From: an uncultured Anaerolineaceae bacterium
GTDB lineage: Bacteria; Chloroflexota; Anaerolineae; Anaerolineales; Anaerolineaceae
Assembly: GCA_964428425.1 (NCBI GenBank)
Contig: CAYRYL010000010.1
Span: 31,346 to 55,345 of the forward strand
Direction: 5' to 3'
Length of the DNA stretch: 24,000 bases
Shown in pieces: positions 1 to 7,662 of this stretch. Both the position numbers and the translations under genes were made by a program. The notes below the pieces were generated by a model. It saw nothing but the letters and a program-made list of their open reading frames with translations. It ran no database searches and was not told where the DNA came from. The stretch's first letter is position 1. Each line of letters starts with the position of its first letter.

Positions 1-3000
1 CATCAGGAAGTTCACCGGATGGAAGCCGGCGTTAATACCCCTGATGCCAGCCCAGACGCCGTATGTGAAGTCTTCAGCAACCAAGCTTGGCTGGATAAGG
101 CTATACTCAAAATCCGGGATTAGATTTTCCCCAGTCAACGTACCACCAGGCAGAACCACTGTGACCAAAACTCGGGTTGGGGGAACATGCTGACCGTATT
201 CCGTCTGGCGTGAGTTGTTCCAACTATTGGAAACATAGGTGCCAAAGATATCGAAGGAACTGGTGAGCGTTGAAACATTAAATGATGCTGGCGTCTTCAG
301 GGTATTGGTCTGCTGAAGCACGTATGCTCCTTCTGAACCTGAGAAGAGCTGAACCGTAACGGAAGTTGCGTTGGCGTAAACAAAATTGGTTGCTGTGAAA
401 TCAGCTGATACACCGCGCAGTACATTGTTGTTATTGTAGTAGAAGCTATCAACGTTCAGCGAGATGCCAACGATTTCGTACATGGATGCGGTCGTGTTGT
501 AAACGGTTCCGTAAGGAACGAACACGAATACATCAGGAGAACCAGGGTCAGTGTTGTACAAACCACCCTGCAGAGCAAGCTCAGGGGCCTGCAGCGCAGT
601 CAATTGGGTTGAGAACGTCACGGCTGCACCAGCTTCATCAGTTTCTATACCGCCGATGAATGTACCGCCGGTCACGGTGAGGCTATCAACTGCAGTTACA
701 CCCGCTGGATCGTACACATACTCGCGCAGAGCGTAACCAGTTTCGCTGGTGAACGTGCCGCCGCTGATGCTGATAACCATATCACCAGCGTAATCAGGAT
801 TCGTATTGACGAAAATTGCATCGCCAGATTCAAGAGAACCGTTGCTGTAAGTTCCAGGAACAGGCAGATATTGACCTGTTGCCGTAATGGAACCACCGCT
901 GATGGTCAGCGAGCCGCTCCGAACTTCGATGCCTGTGTGACCGATGATCGTGCCGCCACTGATGTCAACTGATCCAGATTGAGGTACGTAGATGGCGGTG
1001 TAGTCACTGCTGAGTGTGCCGCCGTCTATATCGATGATTGTCCCACCTAAACCTGTTGAGCCGTTGCCAGTGATTGCAAAATATACAGAGTCAATCACAC
1101 CGCCGTCAACGTTCACAGTAGAACCTTCACCAACAACACCCACACCATATAAGGCGCCTGTCAGTGAACCCTTGTCCAGTGTGAATGTTGCGCCTGCCTC
1201 AACCCAAACAGTATTGTAACCACCTGTGATCGCGCCTAAAGCGTCAACAGATGTATCTGTGATTGTAAGGTCTCCAGCTGTTGAAGTCACTTCCAAACCA
1301 TATCCACCAGTTGGGATAGTCGCAGTCTTTCCGTTCAGGTCAAGGGTTAGTTCTGTTTCGATAGTGACCGTCTCGGGGATGGCGATATCTGCCACGAGTT
1401 TAAGGTTATCGCCAGCAACAGCAGCAGCAACCGCCTGAGCCAGACTGCAATAGCCCGCGTTACTATGAGTGGTATTAATAACAGCAGGATCGAGTGTGAG
1501 TATAACGGGTGTAGTGGAAACTTCGGCTGGGATGAGGTATTGCTGTTCGAAAGTGGATAACTCAACACCTGAGAGCAGCAAAGGAATATCGCCGGCATTG
1601 CCAAGATGGGTCAGCGTAATTGTTGCCAATTTACCGCCGCCTGTGCTATCGGATTGCCCATTTTCTGCAAAGGCAATTTGGACCTTACCCGCATCAATAG
1701 CATCTCGATAGAGGAAGAAACCTCCACTGCCCAGGAAGCCGCCATTAACGAGGGCATCCAGACCCGTAATCGAGGTCTTGGCTTCGTCAAATTCGAGGTA
1801 GAGTGAATAACCCTGCAATGGGGTTGAGGCAGGGATGCCAGCAACCATAATGTCGATGGTTGAGGTTGTAACGTTTCCGCAAACCACCGAAGTCACCGGG
1901 GCGATGGTTACCGTCGCCGGCAGGAACTCGGTGCAAGCCGCATTCGCGCACCAGGGATTAAAGGTTGTCGTCCCGACAAGTTGTGCTGCCGTCGGACCAG
2001 CAATGCTGCCCCACCAGTTGGGGGTAACATCCAAAGAAGCTGTTCCTGTCCCAAGGTTTTGAACAACGATAGGATTATTTAGGAACTGGTTTTTTTCAAA
2101 GTTAACACCAGTCAAGACTGCGCCATCACTGATCCTGATAACACCCATAGTTGGGTCTTCAATGTTCGAGAAGATGTTTCCAGTCGCTGTTAATGTGCCT
2201 TTGAAACTATCATAAATACGAATGGAAGGATTAGGTAAGCCATCGAAGGTGTTGTTGGTTAGAGTCAGGGCGTTTGTGGATGCAAACAGGAAGCCTGCCT
2301 GCTCATTAGACCATTCGGTGCCATTGTCCTCAGTATCTAAAACCTGGTTGCCTGAGAAGGTTCCAGTGACGTTGTTGAAGTTGACAGCCCATGCGCCGTT
2401 ATCTTTCCAGACGTTATTCTGGATATCCACTGTATGACCATCACCCCACAGGGAGATGCCATTGGAGTCCTTGCTCCCATAGAAATAGTTGTCTTTCAAT
2501 GTCAGGGAGAATGGATTCGTTGTACCGGTGATGTACCAGTTGCCATTGATGCACGAAGGCGCATTCAGGAATTGGTTTTTCTCAACGATCATTGTGACGC
2601 CGGTCTTATTGATGGATTCCACAAACCGGTCGTTCTCATCGTTTGTGTTCCCCATATTAATGGTGAGACCCTTCATGGTCACAGAAATGTCATTGGCTGT
2701 AATCAGGATAGCTGGGTCAGCAATCCCCACTTCATCGATTGGAGCGATGATCGCTTCAGCAACCCGTGTCCCTGTGTTGGGTGAAATCGCAGCGTTTGGA
2801 CCAAGCAGGGTGATAGATTTCCCAATTTCAAGGTCCTCAGCATACGTACCAGCCGCGACCATAATCGTATCGTCAGCTGTAGCGGCATCAATTGCAGCCT
2901 GGATGGTGGTGTAAGCGAGCGATTTGGTTACATTGACGACTGGTTTCAACAGCAGCGTCTGTCCAGCACCACCGCTCAAGGTAGTGCCATTGATGATCGT

Positions 3001-4062
3001 CACACTGGCTGATTCCGTGGCAGTGGCGTGCAGAAATTCTCTCACTGCCCATGCATTAGTACTGCTAATGGATCCGCCGGTGAGATTGACATTAATCGGC
3101 CAATTATAGCCAGTTCGGGTCACAACAAAAACGCCATCACCAGAAAGAGTTGTTCCATCAGGTCCATGTACCGGGGGGTCGACTTTTGGTCCGTTGGCAA
3201 CAATACTACCGCCGGTCATATTCAGCGTTCCGGACTTAATCTCGATGCCGGTATCGGCGGTAATCTGCCCACCTGAAATGTTGAGGACACCCTGCTGAGG
3301 CTGAGAGATTCCCGTTCCTCCTGGAGCATTAATCACACCACCTGAGATATTGATTACGGTACCCCAGTCAGTGCTTGTCCCGTTGCCCATCAAGACTGGT
3401 GCCCCCACACGCCCACCAACGCCCGTAAGAAGTCCACCTTTGAGGTTAAAAGTTGCGCCATAACCCGCGACATGCACTGCCGGGTAATCGCCCGAGCTGA
3501 TGGTGCCGTCGTTTACTGTCAAGGTGGTGGTTTTTACCTCCGTGGTAGTTTGGTTGCCCCTTACAGCAATACCCATGTCTCTACCGTATATCGTTCCATC
3601 GTTGACGATGAGCGTGTTGGTTTGGTAAACGATATTCCTGTAACCAGCAGTAAATGCGCCGCCATTGATCGTCATGGTCGCGGCAGCATTAGCTTCCATC
3701 TCAAACGCCCTTCCATCAGCAGTATCAGGACTTGATACAGCGCCTCCACTTGTGGCGTTGACGGTCAGGTTTCCACCTGCCTTAACGTAAAACACCCGGT
3801 CAACGGAAGCGGTCGCGGGTTTGCTGAGTGTTTTCCCATTCAGGTCAATAGTGACAGCCCTGGTAATCACCAGTTCATTGGATAACGCTATATTGTCACC
3901 GAGAACGATCTCGGCTACAGTAGGTTCCGCTAAAGCGGCGATCAGCCCAGCTTCGGTGGTAACCTCCGTCGCCGCCTGAGCCTGCATGGTGGGTGCAGCC
4001 GCAAAGAGCAGCCCCACGACCAGCAGGAGAACAAAAAACTTGGTAAATAAATTCTTACTCAT
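1..4062 (-). CDS. Large secreted surface/adhesin-like protein, N-terminal 1354 aa; the 3' end runs off the left edge of the window. Signal peptide, two pectate-lyase-like modules, a parallel beta-helix domain and a cohesin-like domain
   Basis: Absent from the supplied ORF track because there is no stop in the window. Minus-strand ATG at 4062-4060 follows an in-frame TGA (4065-4063) and GGAGGA (4073-4068). I read every plus-strand triplet in register 3k+1 from 1 to 4062 and found no TTA/CTA/TCA, so the frame is open throughout. The N-terminus 'MSKNLFTKFFVLLLVVGLLFAAAPTMQAQA|ATE' looks like a Sec signal. 'AYTTIQAAIDAATADDTIMVAAGTYAEDLEIGKSITLLG' is a typical beta-helix N-cap. All other ORFs in this region are 141 aa or shorter. 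Confidence 0.9.
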   Translation of the reverse strand, partial: MSKNLFTKFFVLLLVVGLLFAAAPTMQAQAATEVTTEAGLIAALAEPTVAEIVLGDNIALSNELVITRAVTIDLNGKTLSKPATASVDRVFYVKAGGNLTVNATSGGAVSSPDTADGRAFEMEANAAATMTINGGAFTAGYRNIVYQTNTLIVNDGTIYGRDMGIAVRGNQTTTEVKTTTLTVNDGTISSGDYPAVHVAGYGATFNLKGGLLTGVGGRVGAPVLMGNGTSTDWGTVINISGGVINAPGGTGISQPQQGVLNISGGQITADTGIEIKSGTLNMTGGSIVANGPKVDPPVHGPDGTTLSGDGVFVVTRTGYNWPINVNLTGGSISSTNAWAVREFLHATATESASVTIINGTTLSGGAGQTLLLKPVVNVTKSLAYTTIQAAIDAATADDTIMVAAGTYAEDLEIGKSITLLGPNAAISPNTGTRVAEAIIAPIDEVGIADPAILITANDISVTMKGLTINMGNTNDENDRFVESINKTGVTMIVEKNQFLNAPSCINGNWYITGTTNPFSLTLKDNYFYGSKDSNGISLWGDGHTVDIQNNVWKDNGAWAVNFNNVTGTFSGNQVLDTEDNGTEWSNEQAGFLFASTNALTLTNNTFDGLPNPSIRIYDSFKGTLTATGNIFSNIEDPTMGVIRISDGAVLTGVNFEKNQFLNNPIVVQNLGTGTASLDVTPNWWGSIAGPTAAQLVGTTTFNPWCANAACTEFLPATVTIAPVTSVVCGNVTTSTIDIMVAGIPASTPLQGYSLYLEFDEAKTSITGLDALVNGGFLGSGGFFLYRDAIDAGKVQIAFAENGQSDSTGGGKLATITLTHLGNAGDIPLLLSGVELSTFEQQYLIPAEVSTTPVILTLDPAVINTTHSNAGYCSLAQAVAAAVAGDNLKLVADIAIPETVTIETELTLDLNGKTATIPTGGYGLEVTSTAGDLTITDTSVDALGAITGGYNTVWVEAGATFTLDKGSLTGALYGVGVVGEGSTVNVDGGVIDSVYFAITGNGSTGLGGTIIDIDGGTLSSDYTAIYVPQSGSVDISGGTIIGHTGIEVRSGSLTISGGSITATGQYLPVPGTYSNGSLESGDAIFVNTNPDYAGDMVISISGGTFTSETGYALREYVYDPAGVTAVDSLTVTGGTFIGGIETDEAGAAVTFSTQLTALQAPELALQGGLYNTDPGSPDVFVFVPYGTVYNTTASMYEIVGISLNVDSFYYNNNNVLRGVSADFTATNFVYANATSVTVQLFSGSEGAYVLQQTNTLKTPASFNVSTLTSSFDIFGTYVSNSWNNSRQTEYGQHVPPTRVLVTVVLPGGTLTGENLIPDFEYSLIQPSLVAEDFTYGVWAGIRGINAGFHPVNFLM

Positions 4063-4210
4063 TCATTTCCTCCAATTTGTGTATCAATGATTGATTGTGT
4101 CCCGGCGTTCGGCGCCGGCTCCCGCCCTGCTGTAAAAATGTAGCCCTGGCTATTTCTCCATAACCCTCCCCAAATAGAAAGATTTTGTGGCGCTTCTTGA
4201 TTTGTGGAAT

Positions 4211-4245
4211 AAAAAACCCGCGCGGCACGATCGCCCTGCGCAGGG
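4211..4245 (-). terminator. Intrinsic-terminator-like hairpin within the upstream leader of the surface-protein gene
   Basis: The minus strand reads CCCUGCGC, a 14-nt loop, then GCGCGGG followed by UUUUUUAUU (plus-strand A6 at 4211-4216). The stem has 7 G/C pairs with one bulged U. It lies ~150 nt upstream of the ATG at 4062. Confidence 0.55.
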
Positions 4246-4679
4246 AATTGAACAAAAAGTTTAGTGGTGGCGGTTGGCGCGCATGACACACACCAAGCCA
4301 GCCTGCGGCTTTTGGTCGTAGTCCCCTGGGATTGTTTGGAAGTCCCAGCCTTTTCTGGCGTGATCCCTCTCAACACGCCACCGTTCGATTCGCGAAAACT
4401 ACCGCGCTCAGGCGTGTTTTTTGCATCTCTACGGTCTTCATTTGTGCCATTGTCTCCTTAAGCCTCCCCCGAGGTCTCCCCCAGGGCTTACCTTGACTTT
4501 GTTTTATCGCTTCCCTCCGGCGGTCTGGCCCACTCTGCCGGCGCGGATGCGCTTAGTCCCTATTTACGTGCTGTTTACGTGCCCTCTGCCCCTCCACCCT
4601 TCGCGATTCTTGTACTGAATATTGTATCGTTTGGGGGAATTAATTGGGTGTGGATAACGCTGCTCGTTAGAGTGTTTAG

Positions 4680-4707
4680 ATTATAGCACGGTATTTATCT
4701 GATGCAA
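4680..4707 (-). promoter_or_regulatory. Sigma70-like promoter reading leftward toward the surface-protein gene
   Basis: Minus strand: TTGCAT (4707-4702), 16-nt spacer, perfect TATAAT (4685-4680). Confidence 0.5.
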
Positions 4708-4890
4708 GAAACTGATGCCTTTATTCGGAATTTTTTAGATTCTCCTAATGGGGGTGCATCGGGGTTTTTGGAACGCCCCACCCATATGTGGGGGGCAATC
4801 CCGTGGCATTCCTGTAGGGCAGGATGCCTGGTAGGGAGGGGGTCATGATGCTGGGACCAAAGCGAGCAGTACTCGTCTCCCTCCGCAAAT

Positions 4891-5089
4891 AGCACTTGCC
4901 AAATTGTGGCAGACCTACTGTCACTGCGAGGAACGAAGCAATCTAAAATATACGCCTTCAGGACCGTTTGCAGTCAGCACGGATCAGATCCTCTCCGCTT
5001 TGCGCATATTTTCTGTAACCCGTATTCCTGCATCGTTCGAAGTAATCCGGCATTGTAGATTGCTTCGCAAAGGAAGCTCGCAATGACAG
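4891..5089 (+). repeat. Palindromic repeat copy A (172-bp core 4918-5089 plus a 27-bp 5' extension shared with copy B)
   Basis: The left arm CTGTCACTGCGAGGAACGAAGCAATCTA (4918-4945) is complementary to the right arm TAGATTGCTTCGCAAAGGAAGCTCGCAATGACAG (5056-5089). The interior is closely similar to copy C over about the first 60 nt (e.g. CACGGATCAGATCCTCTCCGCTT). Confidence 0.85.
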
Positions 5090-5098
5090 ATAACGACA

Positions 5099-5185
5099 AG
5101 CACTTGCCATATTGTGACAGACCTACTGTCATTGCGAGGTACGAAGCAATCTAAACTCTTTGCCTACAGGAACATTTACAGTCGC
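5099..5185 (+). repeat. Palindromic repeat copy B, left half only
   Basis: 5099-5155 matches 4891-4947 with 4 mismatches in 57 nt (AGCACTTGCCAWATTGTGRCAGACCTACTGTCAYTGCGAGGWACGAAGCAATCTAAA). Similarity to A and C fades after CAGTC(G/A)C at about 5185. No right arm precedes the GIY-YIG gene. Confidence 0.75.
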
Positions 5186-5248
5186 TGCAATTAATGCCTT
5201 CCCCTCTTTTTGAGAACTGCCTCTCAGGAAGCCCCCCAGCATCCGTAC

Positions 5249-5536
5249 TTACCAATCAGCTGAAAGATCTATCCAATTCGGATTTTGCTGTTCAATCATC
5301 GCAATCTTCCCGGCACGACTTCCACCCTTAATCCTTTTTTCCTCTGCAATGGCACTGTACACATCATCCATCTCAGCATAATACACCAGGTACCTCGACA
5401 TATATCGCGATGTGAACCTCCCACCCTGACCACTTTTATGCTGCCATACACGCTGGCGTAAATTGCTTGTTATGCCAGTGTACAAAGTGTGGTGAGAAGT
5501 GTCGGTCATGATGTAGACGTAGTATGTCTTGGCCAT
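5249..5536 (-). CDS. GIY-YIG nuclease family protein (small UPF0213/YhbQ-like, 95 aa)
   Basis: 'YYVYIMTD...LYTGITSNLRQRVWQHKSG' carries the GIY and YIG motifs and the conserved Arg. 'EEKRIKGGSRAGK' supplies the catalytic Glu region. The size is typical of stand-alone GIY-YIG proteins. Confidence 0.88.
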   Translation of the reverse strand: MAKTYYVYIMTDTSHHTLYTGITSNLRQRVWQHKSGQGGRFTSRYMSRYLVYYAEMDDVYSAIAEEKRIKGGSRAGKIAMIEQQNPNWIDLSADW

Positions 5537-5599
5537 ACGCGTATTTTACCGTAGCGGATGTTTTTATCCGGGATTAAAATTAATCTGTTAATCCTTTTT

Positions 5600-5771
5600 C
5601 TGTCATTGCGAGGAACGAAGCAATCTAAACTATATGCCTTCAGGATCATTTGCAGTCACCACGGATCAGATCCTCTCCGCTTCGCGATTTACCCATGCAA
5701 TCCTTTTGCCTTCAAAGTATCCGGTATAGCCAGAATCTAGATTGCTTCGCAAAAAATGCTCGCAATGACAG
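5600..5771 (+). repeat. Palindromic repeat copy C (172 bp, complete)
   Basis: The left arm CTGTCATTGCGAGGAACGAAGCAATCTA (5600-5627) is complementary to the right arm TAGATTGCTTCGCAAAAAATGCTCGCAATGACAG (5738-5771). That gives 13 + 12 perfectly paired bp around an asymmetric bulge. The length equals that of core A. Confidence 0.85.
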
Positions 5772-6211
5772 ATCTCTAGACCCCCAACTCGACTTGAATA
5801 ATCAGAACATTTGTGCTATTCTATACCCGCATGTTTCTTTTCTCAAAAGGTCGCACCTTAACAAATAGGTTTTTCCGCTCAATCCGCCCGCCTGCGCTAT
5901 CAAAAAACACCGGAAATAGCGGAATTAGTGGAAAAACCTCAACCAGGAGCATAGTGAAATCCTCCCCCTTTGGTTCTTGCGAGTCCCCCGGATCCCGTAA
6001 GCTGGGTTGAGGGTAAGGTAAAACGCAAAGGGTAATAATATGCAAAAATGCAACAAAAAACCGAAATTGCAAAGATCCTACCATTCCGCCCTATCAAAAA
6101 ACATTGCAATTCTTGCATATCTTGCAAATCAAAGCGCAACTCCAATCCCCGCAATCCGCCTACGGGTATAATTACCCCATCCAATCATCCATCATTCCCA
6201 GGAGGCGCACA

Positions 6212-7504
6212 GTGAAATCCGATCAAATGAAGACTTTCAACTACTCCATCGGCATGTTCGGCACGTCCATCCCCATCAACCTGCTCAAAACCTTTGCCTT
6301 CGCCTATTACGTCGACACCCTCGGCGTCACCACCACGCAATGGGCGACAATCATGCTGATCTACACCTTCATCGACGCCGCCGACAACCTCGTCTACGGC
6401 TTCCTCTCGGATCGCACCCGCACAAAATGGGGTCGCCGCCGCCCCTGGCTCGTAATCGGCACCCCGCTGCTCGTCCTCAGCCTGATCCTCTTCTATAGCA
6501 CCCCGGCAGGGCTCGAAGCCAACGCGCTCTACATCTACGCCATGCTCTTCTACATCCTGGCTGGCACACTCGACTCGGTCATCAACGCCAACTACGGCGC
6601 GCTCTTCCCTGAACTCTTCACCACCGATGTCACCCGCGCCAAAGCCAATGCGCTGCGCCAGGCATTTCAACTGGTGGCAATGATCATCAGTATCGCGTTG
6701 ACGCCGGTGGTGGTGGATAAGCTCGGCTGGTCCATGACCGCGATCGTCTATGGGCTCCTCGGCGGGGCGGTGATCCTGTACATGGCGCTCACCAGCCGCG
6801 AGAAACCGGTCACCGAAGAAGAAAGGAAACCGCAACTGTGGGATAGCGTCAAAACGCTGCTGACGAACAAGAAGTTCTGGATCGCGGGCATCACCAACGC
6901 CTTCTACAGCGCCGGCATGTCACTGGTGATGGCGGGGCTGCCGCTCTATGCCAAGTACACGCTCGGCATCAGCAGCGGGCGGCAGTCGCTGCTTTTTGGC
7001 GGGGTGCTGCTGGTGGCGATTGGCTCGGTGGCGGTTTGGGCAAACTGGGTCAAGAAATATGACCTGGTGATGGTCTGGCGCTTTGCCATTGCGGCGCTGG
7101 CGTTGGCGTACATCCCGCTCTTCTTCGCCAACAGCTTCTATGTGGCGCTCGGCTGCGCCATGCTGGTGGGGTTTGGCTTCGCCGGCGTGATCACGACCAT
7201 GGACTTGATCCACTCCCGCATCATGGATGAGGATCAGGTCAAGCACAACGTACGGCGCGAGGGGATCATCAGCAACGCGCTGGGGTTCATGAACCGCCTG
7301 AACGGGCTGTTCACCAGCGCGGCCTACGCCCTGCTCGGCGTCCTGTTTGGATATGTTTCGGGCGAAGTCCCCGGCCCGCAGCCTGGCACCGCCGCGCGCT
7401 ATTTGCTGACCATCTTCCCGCTGGTGATGATGGTCCTGAGCCTGGGCTTTTCCTTCCTCTCAGACTTCAAACGCATCCCCCTGGATACGAGGGAAGAGGA
7501 ATGA
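6212..7504 (+). CDS. MFS transporter of the glycoside-pentoside-hexuronide (GPH/MelB-like) cation symporter family
   Basis: The loop 'DRTRTKWGRRRPW' is the GPH family signature, and the hydrophobic profile fits about 12 TM segments. The track ORF starts at TTG 6104, but GGAGG (6201-6205) sits 6 nt before in-frame GTG 6212. ATG 6227 is an alternative start. Confidence 0.85.
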   Translation: MKSDQMKTFNYSIGMFGTSIPINLLKTFAFAYYVDTLGVTTTQWATIMLIYTFIDAADNLVYGFLSDRTRTKWGRRRPWLVIGTPLLVLSLILFYSTPAGLEANALYIYAMLFYILAGTLDSVINANYGALFPELFTTDVTRAKANALRQAFQLVAMIISIALTPVVVDKLGWSMTAIVYGLLGGAVILYMALTSREKPVTEEERKPQLWDSVKTLLTNKKFWIAGITNAFYSAGMSLVMAGLPLYAKYTLGISSGRQSLLFGGVLLVAIGSVAVWANWVKKYDLVMVWRFAIAALALAYIPLFFANSFYVALGCAMLVGFGFAGVITTMDLIHSRIMDEDQVKHNVRREGIISNALGFMNRLNGLFTSAAYALLGVLFGYVSGEVPGPQPGTAARYLLTIFPLVMMVLSLGFSFLSDFKRIPLDTREEE

Positions 7505-7662
7505 TCTTGGCTATCCCCTCCGGGAAATGTTTTTCCGTAGGCCGGACCTTGTCTTTTCGTAGGGCGGACATCGGGCCTTATGGGTATTGCGGTTTTCAAT
7601 TCGGCTTCCTTTTTCCAGCGATGGTAATTATTTCCACCCCCACCGATCGCTTTGCTCTCGGA

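Noticed and set aside
551-3735. About 20 plus- and minus-strand ORFs of 60-141 aa listed in the track across the first 4 kb
   Set aside because: All lie inside the continuous 1354-codon minus-strand frame (1-4062) and are off-frame or antisense shadows. None has an SD or a recognisable motif.
4320-4365. Weak resemblance to a c-di-GMP-I (GEMM) riboswitch core (GGGGACUACGACCAAAAGCC against GGGACGCAAAGCC, preceded by a hairpin)
   Set aside because: The GGCAAA junction and the GNRA tetraloop/receptor features are not present, and the similarity is short enough to arise by chance. It is left as something a covariance-model scan should decide, not as a call.
4059-4376. 105-aa and 78-aa minus-strand ORFs in the leader region
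   Set aside because: They run through the predicted terminator hairpin and the SD and start of the surface-protein gene in other frames. Their composition is low-complexity and no SD is present, so the region is treated as non-coding leader.
4383-4394. GTTCGATTC, a T-loop-like string suggesting a tRNA or tmRNA
   Set aside because: The flanking bases cannot form a T-stem (CACCG/CGCGA do not pair), and no acceptor or anticodon arms could be built. The same applies to GTTCAATTCCC on the minus strand near 4250.
4425-4450. 26-aa minus-strand mini-ORF (MAQMKTVEMQKTRLSAVVFANRTVAC) with an upstream AAGGAGA, considered as a possible leader peptide
   Set aside because: The SD-to-ATG spacing is only 2-3 nt, and there is no run of regulatory codons or any recognisable peptide family. 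It cannot be supported from sequence alone, although ribosome profiling could revisit it.
4891-5771. Possible CRISPR array, given repeated ~28-nt units
   Set aside because: The repeats occur as inverted pairs enclosing conserved interiors, so the 'spacers' are themselves homologous. Spacing is irregular and there are only three units, which fits a palindromic repeat element rather than CRISPR.
6185-6835. 216-aa minus-strand ORF (plus 6920-7246, 108 aa)
   Set aside because: It is antisense to the GPH transporter gene. The Arg/Gly/Asp/His-rich low-complexity translation is typical of the reverse frame of a hydrophobic membrane-protein gene.
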